A stretch of 39,154 bases of DNA from Fibrobacteria bacterium (lineage in GTDB: Bacteria > Fibrobacterota > Fibrobacteria > UBA11236). The notes below the pieces were generated by a model that did not search any database, was not told where the DNA came from, and saw only the letters and a program-made list of their open reading frames with translations. This document shows, in pieces, positions 28,068 through 38,429 of this stretch (the stretch's first letter is position 1; each line of letters opens with the position of its first letter). The position numbers were made by a program, and so were the translations under genes. The stretch is from contig JAYTHY010000032.1 of the NCBI GenBank assembly GCA_043732185.1, forward strand, positions 1-39,154, read 5' to 3'.

Positions 28068-29303
28068 ATGAAAAATCCAGGTTTCACAACAGGCATTATC
28101 CACTCGGACCGACTCGGGCAACCCGAACACGGATCCCTGCATAAGCCCGTGCATACATCCATCGCCTACGGCTATACAAAGGCCGAAGATTTGGCCGCCG
28201 TTTTCCAAGGGACTGCCAAAGGGTATGCCTATTCACGCCAAGCCAATCCTACTGTTGCCGCGTTGGAGAAAAAAGTAACCTTGATGGAACAGGGCGTCGG
28301 CTCCTTGTGTTTTGCCACGGGCATGGCTGCTTTGGCCGTGGTCTTAACGACCTTATTGAAAAAAGGCGACCACCTAGTTTCCAGCTCATACTTGTTCGGC
28401 AACACCAATAGCCTCTTGAATACTTTAATGGGGCTCGGCATTGAAGTCAGCTTTGTGGATGCCACGGAGGTGGACAATGTGGCCGCGGCGATTAAAACCA
28501 ATACCCGCATGGTCCTGGTAGAAACCATCGCCAACCCAGTTACCCAGGTGGCCGACCTCGCCCGCATCGGTCAACTATGTGAAACTAAAAACTTGATCTA
28601 CATCGTCGACAATACCGTAACCTCCCCTTATCTTTTTTTAGCGCGTACCGTCAAAGCCACCTTCTCCGTAAATTCCCTTTCCAAATACATCGGCGGACAT
28701 GGAAACGCCTTAGGGGGTAGCGTTACTGATACGGGCCTTTTCGATTGGACCCCCTATCCCCATATCTTGCCCATTTATAAAACAGCGGGCTCGGATCCGT
28801 TGCAATGGGCCCTTCTGCAAATGCGTAAAAAGGGATTGCGGGATTTTGGCGGGACCATGGCTCCCGAGTCCGCCCATATCATATCGGTCGGCGCCGAAAC
28901 TTTGGCTCTGCGCATGGATCGCGCTTGCAGCAATGCTTCACGGCTTGCCATGTATCTGGAGACACATCCCAAAATAAAAAGCGTGCACTATCCTGGGCTT
29001 TCCTCGCACCCCCAGCATGCCTTGGCCCGGGAATTGTTCAAGCGAACCGGAGCGCTGCTCAGTTTTGTACCAGCCGATGGCGTCCATCCCTTCGCTTTGC
29101 TCAACCGGTTGCAGGTCGCCATTTGCTCCAGCAATCTCGGCGACAATCGCACGCTGGTCATACCAGTGGCCCAAACTATTTTCTTTGAAATGGGGCCCGA
29201 GCGCCGGGCCAGTATGGGTATTGATGAAGGCTTGATCCGAACCTCAGTGGGCATTGAGGATTCGGAGGATTTGCTCGAAGACTTTGGGCAGGCACTGGGT
29301 TGA
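28068..29303 (+). CDS. Cystathionine gamma-synthase / O-acylhomoserine sulfhydrylase family PLP enzyme
   Basis: 'YSRQANPTV', 'FATGMAA', 'ETIANP', 'DNT' and PLP-lysine '[11 protein letters not shown]'. Exact specificity cannot be determined by eye. Confidence 0.9.
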   Translation: MKNPGFTTGIIHSDRLGQPEHGSLHKPVHTSIAYGYTKAEDLAAVFQGTAKGYAYSRQANPTVAALEKKVTLMEQGVGSLCFATGMAALAVVLTTLLKKGDHLVSSSYLFGNTNSLLNTLMGLGIEVSFVDATEVDNVAAAIKTNTRMVLVETIANPVTQVADLARIGQLCETKNLIYIVDNTVTSPYLFLARTVKATFSVNSLSKYIGGHGNALGGSVTDTGLFDWTPYPHILPIYKTAGSDPLQWALLQMRKKGLRDFGGTMAPESAHIISVGAETLALRMDRACSNASRLAMYLETHPKIKSVHYPGLSSHPQHALARELFKRTGALLSFVPADGVHPFALLNRLQVAICSSNLGDNRTLVIPVAQTIFFEMGPERRASMGIDEGLIRTSVGIEDSEDLLEDFGQALG

Positions 29304-29328
29304 TTATTTTGTTCCCGTTGGAGGTTTG

Positions 29329-32300
29329 ATGCATTTTCAGGATTTGATTCTCACCCTGCAAAACTATTGGAGCGTGCGCGGCTGTTTGCTGACCCAGCCG
29401 TATGATGCTGAAAAGGGCGCGGCTACGTTCAATCCCTCCACTTTCTTGCGCTCTCTCGGGCCCGAGCCCTTTGCGGCCGCTTTTATCGAGCCTTGCCGCC
29501 GACCCAAAGATGGCCGGTACGGTGAAAATCCTAACCGTATGCAACACTATTATCAATTCCAAGTGGTGCTGAAACCCAGCCCTCTGGATATTGTGGATCT
29601 GTACATTGGATCGCTCAAAGAAATCGGCATCAAACCGGAAGATCACGATATCCGCTTTGTCCATGACGATTGGGAATCCCCTACCCTGGGCGCTTGGGGC
29701 CTCGGCTGGGAAGTCTGGCTGGATGGCATGGAAATCACTCAGTTCACGTATTTTCAACAAGTGGGCGGATTGCCGCTGCTGCCGATCATGGGTGAAATCA
29801 CTTATGGTTTGGAGCGCCTGTGCATGTATTTGCAAAAGGTGGACAACGTTTTCGATCTCAAATACAACGATCGCTTTACCTACGGCGATATTTTTCATCA
29901 GAACGAAGTCCAGTTTTCCAAGCACAATTTTGAATTGGCCGATGTCGACATGCATTTGAAATTGTTCACGAGCTTTGAAGGCGAATGTCGTAGGCTTTGT
30001 GAAGCGGGTGTGCCAGCTCCAGCCCTGGATTATTGCCTTAAGGCCAGCCACTCTTTCAATCTTTTGGATGCCCGAGGCGCCATCTCCGTCAATGAACGCC
30101 AAGGTTACATCTTGCGCGTTCGCACCTTGGCCAAATCAGTGGCTGAAGCCTGGCTGAAAAACCGCCAAGATTTGGGCTTTCCATTGCTCGCACGCGCGCA
30201 GGCCACACCTTTCGCTGCAATTGCAATCCCTTCCGAAATTGCCGCCCCGACTCAAGTCAAACAGGTTCCGCTTTTGGTTGAACTTGGCGTGGAAGAAATG
30301 CCTGCCCGCGTTTTCGGGCCGCTGCTGCGCGATTTGCCCGCCCTGCTTAAAAAGCATCTAGATACCACCCAGCTCCAGCCGCAGGATATCAAGATTTTCG
30401 TCACACCAAGGCGCATCGCCATTTCCATCGGTTCGATACTGACCGGCACTCCGGATGTGAAACTGGAAATGAAAGGCCCACCGGCCCAAATGGCCAAAGA
30501 TGCGGAGGGAAACTGGACCAAGGCGGCCCTAGCCTTTGCCCAGAAAAACGACATCGACGCCAGTCAGTTGGAAATTAAAAATATCGGTGGGGGTGAATAC
30601 CTTTTTGCACTGGCCGAAAAAAAAGGGCGAAACGCATTGTCTCTGCTCGGCGATATTTTCCCCAAGATTTTTTCGGAAATCCATTGGTACAAAACCATGG
30701 TTTGGGGCGATGGCACCGGATCCGCTTTTGTCCGGCCCGTCACCTGGCTTGTGGCCTTGCTTGGCGACCAGATTATTCCCATGACTTTTGCTGGTATTAA
30801 GTCCGGATCGGAAAGCCGCGGTCATCGCTTCTTGCACAATCGTAGCATTCCCGTTACTGCGCCTCGTGAAGCCTATTTGGCGGCCTTGCGCGCGGTCAAG
30901 GTAGTGGCGGATCAGGAAGAGCGCAAAGCACTGGTGCGCAAACTCACGGAAGAAACAGCCCTTAAGGCCAACTGCCAGTGGCGAAAAGACGAAGACTTGC
31001 TTGACACCGTAACCTATCTGCTGGAATTCGCCGTACCCGTATTGGGCAGCTTTGCGGAACGGCTACTGGAAGTGCCGGAAGAAGTGCTTGTATCGGAAAT
31101 GCGCGAGCATCAAAAATATTTCGCGCTGGAAAAATCCGACGGCAAACTCACCAATGCCTTTATCGCCATTTCCAATATGGAATGCCGGGACTACGCCTTG
31201 GTGCGCTCCGGTAACGAAAAAGTGTTGCGGGCCCGATTTGCCGATGCGGAATTTTTCCTCAAAGAAGACCGCCTACGCACGCTTGCATCCAGAGGCAAGG
31301 ATTTGAAAAAGGTCACATTTCTGGCCGACCTTGGCGCGGATGGTACACTCGCAAGCAAAGTCGTGCGAGCAGAAAAAATCGCCCTGCATATCGCTGGCTT
31401 GGTTTTTCCAATGCCCCAGGGCGGTAAAGCGGATACTGGAGATGCGACGCAAAGTCGACTTGAAAGAGTGCAACAAATAGTACGCCTAGCCAAATGCGAC
31501 CTGACCTGTAATATGGTCGGCGAATTTCCGGAGCTTCAAGGCATTATGGGACGTTATTATGCCATCGCCGAAGGTCTCGATCCCATCGTAGCAGACGGCA
31601 TTCGCGATCAATATCACCCCCGCAATGGCGACGACACCTTTCCCGGCAGCGACGAAGCAGCCATAGCCGGTTTAGCCGACCGCTTGGACACACTCATCAT
31701 CATGTTCGCCAAAGGCAAGTCGCCAACAGGTTCCTCCGACCCTTACGCGCTGCGCCGGGCTTGTTGGTCCTCCGTGGCCTTGATTGTAAACCGCGGCTTC
31801 CATATCGATATCGCCGCGGTGCTAAAATTTGCCTTAGCGGAAATCTATCCCGCGTTCCTGAAACCACCAGAAATGGTGGGGCTCCAAGCCAAGCTCCTGG
31901 AGTTTTTCCTAGGACGGACTAAAAATCTGTTTCAAGAAGCCGCCCGCCCCGGACTTCCTGGCGGGTTCGCGCGCGAGACGATTGATGCGGCCGTGCAAAG
32001 CCGAACCGGCTGGTACGATTTCACGGACCTCATTTCCCGCCTGGACGCCCTGCAAACATTCCGAAACCGTCCCAACTTTTCCCAAGCTGCGGAAACGTTT
32101 AAACGCGTGTCCAATATCCTGGACAAGGACACAACCGGAGAGCCAAACGCAGCAGCCTTCCAAGTTCCTGCTGAGCAAAAACTGATGAAAACTGTCCAAC
32201 GGTCAGAGCAGGAAGTGCGCCACGCTTTCGCTATCCGTGACTACGCGGCAGTATTGAATACCGTCGGAGCCTTACACGGCGATGTCGCCGCATTTTTTGA

Positions 32301-32418
32301 AGCGGTAATGGTCAACGACCCTGATACATTCCTGAGAACCCAGCGGCATCAACTGCTGCGCAAGGTCCGCGACTTGGTGGGTGAAATCGCTGATTTCTCT
32401 GCCTTCCAGGGAGGATGA
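29329..32418 (+). CDS. glyQS: Glycine--tRNA ligase, fused alpha/beta subunits
   Basis: Alpha motifs '[14 protein letters not shown]', '[16 protein letters not shown]', 'EITYGLER' continue in frame into beta motifs 'ELGVEEMP', 'TPRR', '[10 protein letters not shown]', 'SDPYALRR'. SD GGAGG before ATG 29329. Confidence 0.95.
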   Translation: MHFQDLILTLQNYWSVRGCLLTQPYDAEKGAATFNPSTFLRSLGPEPFAAAFIEPCRRPKDGRYGENPNRMQHYYQFQVVLKPSPLDIVDLYIGSLKEIGIKPEDHDIRFVHDDWESPTLGAWGLGWEVWLDGMEITQFTYFQQVGGLPLLPIMGEITYGLERLCMYLQKVDNVFDLKYNDRFTYGDIFHQNEVQFSKHNFELADVDMHLKLFTSFEGECRRLCEAGVPAPALDYCLKASHSFNLLDARGAISVNERQGYILRVRTLAKSVAEAWLKNRQDLGFPLLARAQATPFAAIAIPSEIAAPTQVKQVPLLVELGVEEMPARVFGPLLRDLPALLKKHLDTTQLQPQDIKIFVTPRRIAISIGSILTGTPDVKLEMKGPPAQMAKDAEGNWTKAALAFAQKNDIDASQLEIKNIGGGEYLFALAEKKGRNALSLLGDIFPKIFSEIHWYKTMVWGDGTGSAFVRPVTWLVALLGDQIIPMTFAGIKSGSESRGHRFLHNRSIPVTAPREAYLAALRAVKVVADQEERKALVRKLTEETALKANCQWRKDEDLLDTVTYLLEFAVPVLGSFAERLLEVPEEVLVSEMREHQKYFALEKSDGKLTNAFIAISNMECRDYALVRSGNEKVLRARFADAEFFLKEDRLRTLASRGKDLKKVTFLADLGADGTLASKVVRAEKIALHIAGLVFPMPQGGKADTGDATQSRLERVQQIVRLAKCDLTCNMVGEFPELQGIMGRYYAIAEGLDPIVADGIRDQYHPRNGDDTFPGSDEAAIAGLADRLDTLIIMFAKGKSPTGSSDPYALRRACWSSVALIVNRGFHIDIAAVLKFALAEIYPAFLKPPEMVGLQAKLLEFFLGRTKNLFQEAARPGLPGGFARETIDAAVQSRTGWYDFTDLISRLDALQTFRNRPNFSQAAETFKRVSNILDKDTTGEPNAAAFQVPAEQKLMKTVQRSEQEVRHAFAIRDYAAVLNTVGALHGDVAAFFEAVMVNDPDTFLRTQRHQLLRKVRDLVGEIADFSAFQGG

Positions 32419-32439
32419 ACTTTCCAGGACGGTTAAGGA

Positions 32440-33606
32440 TTAATGAGAAAAAGACTCCAGACGCTTTACAGCCTCTGCCACCGGTAAGACCGTAACGCCA
32501 CGGGCCAAGGAAATAGGTTCCTTCCCGCTAAACAGAATCCATTTCTCCTTCGGCTGCAGATCGTCGCACCCTTGATAAAAACCACGGCTCAATTTGGGAA
32601 GCGAAGTTGCTTTGATTTCTGCGACTATTTGAACTTGGCCACCTTGGGATAAGACCAAATCAATTTCCGCACCGGCTGCCGTTCTCCAGAAGCCCATGTC
32701 CCAACCCAACGGCAGTGCTGCCCGAACCTGTTCCATCACGAAACTTTCCCAGGAATGCCCATAAATAGGATGCACATGCAATTGCTCCCAATGGGTGAGA
32801 CCATGCAATGCATGTAACATGCCCGTGTCCCGCAGGTAGACCTTGGGTGACTTGGTCAATCTCTTTCCCAGGTTGGCATGAAACGGCTGAAGTCTGCGGA
32901 CCAGAAAAACCTGCTCCAACATATCCAGGTAGCGGTTACAGGTTGGAACCGAAACCTCCAGACTTTTGGCAAGGTTGCTCGCATTCCACAACTGGGAATG
33001 CACATGCGCCAGCATGTGGAGAAACCGGTTGATCCGAGGTGGTGCCACATTGAAGCCTAGAATGCGGATATCCCTTTCAAGCAAATCATCCAGGTAATTG
33101 AGCCGCCACCGGAGGCTGGCTTCGTCTCCCGTCGCCATGAGAGATGGCGGGTATCCCCCTCGCAACCAAAGGGTTTCCCGGGATATCAAATCCGCGTTTA
33201 CTTCCTTTTCCAGAAAGGGTGTGAGTTCCAGGGTGATATTGCGACCTGCGAGACTTTCGGCGCTTTGTCGACGGAGGTCCGGTGCGGCAGAGCCGAGTAA
33301 CAAGTAACGGCCCGGTTTCCGATTTTCATCGACCAAGACTCGCAGTGCTGGAAAAAGATCCGGCATACGTTGGGCTTCATCGATGATAACCAGACACTCT
33401 TGATAGGGCCTTAGAGCGTCCAAAGGATCTTCCAATATCAGTCGATGTTGCGGATTTTCCAGATCGAAATATTTTGAGTCCCTGCCTACATGGAGTGTTT
33501 TTGCCAAAGTTGTTTTTCCAGTTTGCCTTGGGCCAACTAGCGTTACGATTGGGCTTTCAGCCAGGCATTGTAGCAAGCGCGACTGTAATGAGCGATTAAT
33601 CATCAT
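32440..33606 (-). CDS. AAA_14 ATPase with DUF4143 (wHTH + PD-(D/E)xK-like C-terminus)
   Basis: 'GPRQTGKTT', 'IIDEAQ', 'LLGSA', 'ESLAGR', 'RGGYP', 'KSPKVYLRDTG' and 'FWRT..GAEIDLV...EIK'. Confidence 0.92.
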   Translation of the reverse strand: MMINRSLQSRLLQCLAESPIVTLVGPRQTGKTTLAKTLHVGRDSKYFDLENPQHRLILEDPLDALRPYQECLVIIDEAQRMPDLFPALRVLVDENRKPGRYLLLGSAAPDLRRQSAESLAGRNITLELTPFLEKEVNADLISRETLWLRGGYPPSLMATGDEASLRWRLNYLDDLLERDIRILGFNVAPPRINRFLHMLAHVHSQLWNASNLAKSLEVSVPTCNRYLDMLEQVFLVRRLQPFHANLGKRLTKSPKVYLRDTGMLHALHGLTHWEQLHVHPIYGHSWESFVMEQVRAALPLGWDMGFWRTAAGAEIDLVLSQGGQVQIVAEIKATSLPKLSRGFYQGCDDLQPKEKWILFSGKEPISLARGVTVLPVAEAVKRLESFSH

Positions 33607-33638
33607 TGTAATTTTAATATTATTTATTAATTATACAA
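33606..33638 (-). promoter_or_regulatory. AT-rich imperfect palindrome overlapping a putative leaderless sigma70 promoter of the ATPase
   Basis: TTGTA-att-TTAATA-ttatt-TATTAA-tta-TACAA. Minus strand reads TTGTAT-16bp-TAAAAT-taca-ATGATG. Confidence 0.55.
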
Positions 33639-33681
33639 GGATATAAATTCAATATCGGCTCAATTTTGAAATTTTAGCCAT

Positions 33682-33710
33682 AAAAAAAGGGCAGGTCCTA
33701 AGACCTGCCC
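33682..33710 (-). terminator. Rho-independent terminator of the PEP-CTERM gene
   Basis: 9-bp stem GGGCAGGTC/GACCTGCCC, 4-nt loop, then T7 on the minus strand, ~30 nt after the stop. Confidence 0.9.
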
Positions 33711-33741
33711 CTTCCACTTAAGTAGTGTTTGAGCTAAGCGA

Positions 33742-34743
33742 TTAAGCCTTGTTCTTGCGACGACGGGCAGCGAAGCCTGCCATTGCCAAGCCCAAGCCCA
33801 TCAGGCCAAGGGTCGAGGGTTCTGGTACGGCTGGGGGTACGATAACGCCGCCCACTCCGGAGAAGCCGAAGATGAAGGTTGGGGTATCGCTGACAGTGCC
33901 GCCAGGACCGGCTGAGCTCTGACCGAAGGAGTAGATTTCTGCGCCAACATTGTTGAGGGCGTTGAAAGCGTCAGCTTCTGTCGGGGTTGCGCCGTAGAAG
34001 ATTTTGAAGGTGATGGACTCACCGGCAGCCAAGGAGCCAAAGCCGAAGTCAAACACGGCGCCATGGTCGCGAGGACCGGCGTCGACGAAGTTGACATTGG
34101 CCAAGCCATAGGAAGACCGAGGAGCCAAAGGATTGGGGGTTTCAAAGCCATTGTTGTCGGAATAAAGAACATTGTCGCCAGCAACTAAGCCGCCAATGGT
34201 CACGTATTCACTGAATTCGGTGGGGGGAATATCCCAATCCATAGCGCGGGTATAGCGGACATCGGTAAGAGCCGTTGCGCCGGTGTTGGTCAAGGTGACC
34301 ATATCCTGGAACAGGGCAGAATTGATGGAAGGGGAGTATGCCTGGGTGATCATCAAAGCAGGCAAGTCTGTTAGCAAAGTGGTTGATGTGGCTGTGGAGC
34401 CAGTTACACCGGTCAGTCCGCCACCCACTAGGGTGAGATTCTGAACGCCGCCACGGGAAATGTCGGAAGAGCCACCAATGCTACCGGTAGCGGAAGCGCC
34501 CCAGCCTTCGCAAACGCAGCCAGGATAGGTGCCGTCACCGATACCGGTGTAGCTGGCGCCAGCTCCAGGAGGCGTATAGGATACGCCGACTCCTAGTGCA
34601 CGGCCAACGCCGGTGTAGATACCGAGATTGCCGTAGTCGGTTACGCCGAGCGCAACATCGCCGGAAGTGATAATCGCATCGCCAAAGCTCATAGAAGCGG
34701 CGGCTGCCAGGGTTAATCCAATTTTTAACGCGTTCAAATTCAT
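33742..34743 (-). CDS. PEP-CTERM sorting-domain surface protein
   Basis: Signal peptide 'MNLNALKIGLTLAAAASMSFG' and C-terminal 'VPEPSTLGLMGLGLAMAGFAARRRK'. Start reassigned to ATG 34743 (SD-like GAGGG). Gly/Thr/Ser-rich. Confidence 0.93.
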   Translation of the reverse strand: MNLNALKIGLTLAAAASMSFGDAIITSGDVALGVTDYGNLGIYTGVGRALGVGVSYTPPGAGASYTGIGDGTYPGCVCEGWGASATGSIGGSSDISRGGVQNLTLVGGGLTGVTGSTATSTTLLTDLPALMITQAYSPSINSALFQDMVTLTNTGATALTDVRYTRAMDWDIPPTEFSEYVTIGGLVAGDNVLYSDNNGFETPNPLAPRSSYGLANVNFVDAGPRDHGAVFDFGFGSLAAGESITFKIFYGATPTEADAFNALNNVGAEIYSFGQSSAGPGGTVSDTPTFIFGFSGVGGVIVPPAVPEPSTLGLMGLGLAMAGFAARRRKNKA

Positions 34744-34783
34744 CTGTCCCTCAGTTGGGTTAAAGGTTCTGGTGAGCAATAAA

Positions 34784-34799
34784 GCAAGTGGTGTGCCAA
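34784..34799 (-). promoter_or_regulatory. Sigma54 (-24/-12) promoter
   Basis: Minus strand TTGGCAC-ACCAC-TTGC matches TGGCAC-N5-TTGC exactly, ~40 nt upstream of the PEP-CTERM start. Confidence 0.85.
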
Positions 34800-35018
34800 G
34801 GCTCAAAAAACCAAATCGACATGCATTTCGATGTCCTGCGGTTCCGGCAAACCCTCATTTTTTACAAATTTCAATGATTTTGAATGACTGAAGGCGCAAG
34901 CGCCCAGAATTTCTATGTCGGCACCGGATTTGTCTCCGGATTTTAGAACGAAAAGAGTGGAAAGAAAAATGGGTAAGTGCCGGAATTCTTTACGCTTGAA
35001 AAGAATCCGATTTATGAT

Positions 35019-36938
35019 TTATTTGGAATTGGCCAGGAGATTTACAGCATCCGGTTTCTCTGCAAAACCAGCGGAAGATTTTAAGGCTTCATCCAAATGT
35101 AATTTTCCTTGATCGGCTTTTCCATTTTTGAAATCGACCCATGCCAAGTGATAATTGACCGCTGGATTTCCAGGAGAAAGGTTTCGCGCCTTGTTCAAAT
35201 AGGATTCCGCTTCCGCATATTCGCCCAGCTTGGCTAAGACCCAGCCGATGGTATCGAAATAACGCGGATCCATGGAAAAGTTTTTGGCTTTGAGTTTGTT
35301 CACATACATCCGTCCCTTAGTCGTATCGCCTTGTTTAATACCGAGTTCCCAAGCGAGATTGTTAAGGCACACCGCATTGTTGGAATCAACCGAAAGTTCA
35401 GTTTCAAAAGCAGCGATTGCCTTGGCAGGCAACTGCTTACGCATGTAAATGTCTCCAATAAGTGAACTAAATCCTGGCATTTTCGGATATTCTTTTTGGA
35501 TGCCAATTGCCAGGGCTAGTGCCTTATCCAAATTTCCCGCGTTCATTTCCCATTCCATAATTGTCGCACGCTGCTTTAATGTGGGCTTGGGTATTTTCGA
35601 CTGGATGGCCGCCGCCGTCGCAAATTGCCTGATGCTGGCCAAACGCTGGGCATAAATACTCGCAGCTAAGGAATTTTTTGGGTACGCCTTATACAGGGAA
35701 TCTGCTTCGACCAAGGCCCAATAATTTTGTTCGTTCATCTGGAAATAATTGACTCTCGCCCATCTCGATAAAAAAGTCTTGTCAACGGGGAATTGGTTTT
35801 GGAATTCCTTGAGCAGCGGCTGCATTTGCGCCGGTACTTTGGGAATAACAGAGTCGGCGCGCGCGCCCATATCCAGGGCTTTGTAGCAGGCAGAAACATA
35901 GAAGGCCAGGCTTTGCGTCTTGTCGCCAACCTGCAAGCGACGCAAAATCTCCAAGGCTTGGGCCGGCTGCTGGTTAGCCATCAATATCAATGTCGCGAAC
36001 ATAAAGGGAGTTTTGGCTTCTGCGGGTTTAGCTTCGGCAATCGCTTGGTATAATTTATAAGCAGAATCGTATTTCCCCTGTTTGGCGCGTAGTAATGCCA
36101 ATTCGGTGAGCGCGGAAATATTCAACTCACGAGCCTTTTGAAAAGGTGAGAGCAATTCGCCCGCCTCTTCGAGCTTGTTCTGCATCGACAACAAATGTGC
36201 TTTTCGGATTGTGATAGGATCTTGCAGGGACTTATCATCGCTTGCCCATTGGTTCAATACCCATTGAGCCGAATCCAGTTTGTGTTCCATCAAATAGGTG
36301 TCCATCAAATACATGCGAGCCAAGGCCAACTTGGGCCTGCTCTTAAGCACCTGGTTCAGTAGTTCTCGGCTCTTGGCGATATTGCCTCTTTTAAGCAGCA
36401 CCTCGGCCAAGGGTAGGATGGAGACGATGGAATCCGGATGGGCTTCGTACAAGTAGGTGAGTTCAGACTCGGCTAAATCCAACCGGTTTTGGCGCATGCG
36501 CACTTGGGCCAAAAAGTAGCGGGTTGGAAAATCGGCGGGGTTGGTGGTCAAAATTTCTTGAACCACGGAGAAGAAACCATCCAGATCACCGGCTGTGAAA
36601 TTCAGTTTTGACAGCAGGCGCTTGGCTTCCAAATCTTTTGGGTTTGCTTTGACGTAGGTCTTGGTGTATTCAAGAGCCGTATCCATTTTCTTTTCCTTGA
36701 GGGCCCACTCCACCTCCAAGTTCAGCACTTCCATCGAAACCCAGGCGGTATATCCACCATGCAGCGCATACGCTTCCTCGTATTCCTTATGTGCAAGTAC
36801 ATAATTCTTTTCGCGTGCAAACAGGCGTGCCTTGGTCACATGATTCGCAAAACGCTTGGAGGGACGGTATTGGAAGGTGAAAAAAGCAACGGCTGCCAAA
36901 ATGACGGCAGCCGCAATGGCGATAAACTTCTTACTCAT
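35019..36938 (-). CDS. Membrane-anchored TPR-repeat protein, PrsT-like
   Basis: N-terminal hydrophobic anchor and TPR repeats throughout. C-terminal 'LNNLAW', 'DTIGWV' and 'YHLA' are typical of PrsT-type TPR proteins. Adjacent to a PEP-CTERM gene. Confidence 0.8.
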   Translation of the reverse strand: MSKKFIAIAAAVILAAVAFFTFQYRPSKRFANHVTKARLFAREKNYVLAHKEYEEAYALHGGYTAWVSMEVLNLEVEWALKEKKMDTALEYTKTYVKANPKDLEAKRLLSKLNFTAGDLDGFFSVVQEILTTNPADFPTRYFLAQVRMRQNRLDLAESELTYLYEAHPDSIVSILPLAEVLLKRGNIAKSRELLNQVLKSRPKLALARMYLMDTYLMEHKLDSAQWVLNQWASDDKSLQDPITIRKAHLLSMQNKLEEAGELLSPFQKARELNISALTELALLRAKQGKYDSAYKLYQAIAEAKPAEAKTPFMFATLILMANQQPAQALEILRRLQVGDKTQSLAFYVSACYKALDMGARADSVIPKVPAQMQPLLKEFQNQFPVDKTFLSRWARVNYFQMNEQNYWALVEADSLYKAYPKNSLAASIYAQRLASIRQFATAAAIQSKIPKPTLKQRATIMEWEMNAGNLDKALALAIGIQKEYPKMPGFSSLIGDIYMRKQLPAKAIAAFETELSVDSNNAVCLNNLAWELGIKQGDTTKGRMYVNKLKAKNFSMDPRYFDTIGWVLAKLGEYAEAESYLNKARNLSPGNPAVNYHLAWVDFKNGKADQGKLHLDEALKSSAGFAEKPDAVNLLANSK

Positions 36939-36962
36939 GGTATTCCTCTGGGCGTATTGCCT

Positions 36963-37811
36963 TTATTCTTTCTGCATTTCCTGGGCCCGTTGGGCCTCAT
37001 TACTGCCGGGGCATTCGGAAATGAGTTTGGTCCATTCTTCATCCCGCTTGGCATTCTCTTTTTTCTGATGGTGGATTAGTCCGGACTTAAAACGAGCGGA
37101 ACAATTTTTATTGCCGCGCGGAAACTCCTTGATGACACGCTGATAAGCCTCAAGTGCTTTGTCGGGCCTGTCCTGCTTAAGCATGGTTTCACCCAACCAG
37201 AACATGGCGAGCTCCCGCCAGGTGCCACCGGTATCCTTTTCATATACGCTTTTAAAACCGGAAAGGGCTAGGTCGTATTTGCCTCTGATATAATCATCGC
37301 GGGCTTGATTGAATAGGTTTTCCAGATCTAAGCCTTCCACTACGCGCACGGTTTCACCTGTAGGCGTTCCGCCTGGGGTAGCAGGCGTGACAGTTCCGGA
37401 AGGCACGGCGACTGCATTCGGCGCTCCTGGTGTGGAGGTAGATCCTGTTTGGCCAGCTACGCCGCCCATTATAAACTTTTTCTGATCCAGTTTTTCAATT
37501 TTGGTGCTAAGCGTGGTCAGCTTGTATTGGGTTTCATCTATCTGGGATTGCAAACGGATGATCTGGGTCTGTAATTCCTTGAGCATCAAGGTCAAGTCAG
37601 CCTTCATTTTGCTTGAAGTGCCGCCCTGCGCCAGATTTAGGTCATCAATGGATTTTTGCAAATCGACCACTTGGGTCCGCACCGCTTTGACCTCGTCCTG
37701 AACTTTGCGCAGTTCTTCCGTTCGCAGCAACGTTATTGAAGCACAGCCGCTTAAAAAAAGGACAGCGCAAGCCAAGCAAGCGCTAACCCTGGACAAAAGA
37801 GCCTTGGACAT
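36963..37811 (-). CDS. cpoB: Tol-Pal system protein CpoB/YbgF (coiled coil + TPR)
   Basis: Lipobox 'LFLSGC', N-terminal coiled coil, C-terminal TPRs ('AMFWLGET', 'EFPRGNK'), directly downstream of pal. Confidence 0.85.
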   Translation of the reverse strand: MSKALLSRVSACLACAVLFLSGCASITLLRTEELRKVQDEVKAVRTQVVDLQKSIDDLNLAQGGTSSKMKADLTLMLKELQTQIIRLQSQIDETQYKLTTLSTKIEKLDQKKFIMGGVAGQTGSTSTPGAPNAVAVPSGTVTPATPGGTPTGETVRVVEGLDLENLFNQARDDYIRGKYDLALSGFKSVYEKDTGGTWRELAMFWLGETMLKQDRPDKALEAYQRVIKEFPRGNKNCSARFKSGLIHHQKKENAKRDEEWTKLISECPGSNEAQRAQEMQKE

Positions 37812-37819
37812 GGACTAGC

Positions 37820-38347
37820 CTAGAAAGTGGTCGTAAATTCAACGCGACGATTTTTGGCATACGCGCCTTCGTCATGGCCTTCCATTGCCGGCTTCTCTTC
37901 ACCATAACTGATGGTGGTGAGGCGCGTGCCTGGAACGCCGTAGCTGGTTAGGTAATCATTGACGGTTTTTGCACGCCGCTCGCCAAGGGCAAGGTTATAA
38001 TCGTTGCTGCCCTTCTCATCTGCATGGCCTTCCACACGCGCCGTAATTTCCTTAACTTCCTTCATCAGCTTGCCGATTTCCTGCAAGGTTGCCTGACCTT
38101 CCGGGGACAAAGTGCTCTGATCATATCCGAAATAAACCGGCTTGAACACCTCTGCAATACGGGCTTGAATGCGTTGACGGCGCAAGGCTTCTTCGTCCAC
38201 TTTGGGAGGCTCTTGTTTTACGACGGGAGGGGTCGGTTCCGCCATTTTAGGAGGAAGAGGCTCGGGAGGAGTTGGAATTGGTTTTTTAGCGCAGCCAATG
38301 ACGGACAAAACACCGAGACCTACCAGGGTCCATTGTTTGATATTCAT
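37820..38347 (-). CDS. pal: Peptidoglycan-associated lipoprotein Pal
   Basis: Lipobox 'VIGC' and OmpA-like 'EGHADEKGSNDYNLALGERRA', 'SYGEEKP', 'NRRVE'. Confidence 0.96.
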   Translation of the reverse strand: MNIKQWTLVGLGVLSVIGCAKKPIPTPPEPLPPKMAEPTPPVVKQEPPKVDEEALRRQRIQARIAEVFKPVYFGYDQSTLSPEGQATLQEIGKLMKEVKEITARVEGHADEKGSNDYNLALGERRAKTVNDYLTSYGVPGTRLTTISYGEEKPAMEGHDEGAYAKNRRVEFTTTF

Positions 38348-38429
38348 AATTCAATCTCCTTATTAACCGTAAAAATAGTCAAAGTTTGAATGTAATTTAG
38401 TTAATCACCCGATTTATGGGGCCGAGAGG

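Noticed and set aside
29176..30102. 308-aa antisense ORF opposite the glyQ domain
   Set aside because: Antisense shadow of a highly conserved synthetase; no recognisable domain.
34744..34806. 21-aa N-terminal extension of the PEP-CTERM ORF
   Set aside because: It overlaps the sigma54 promoter; the signal peptide and SD fit ATG 34743.
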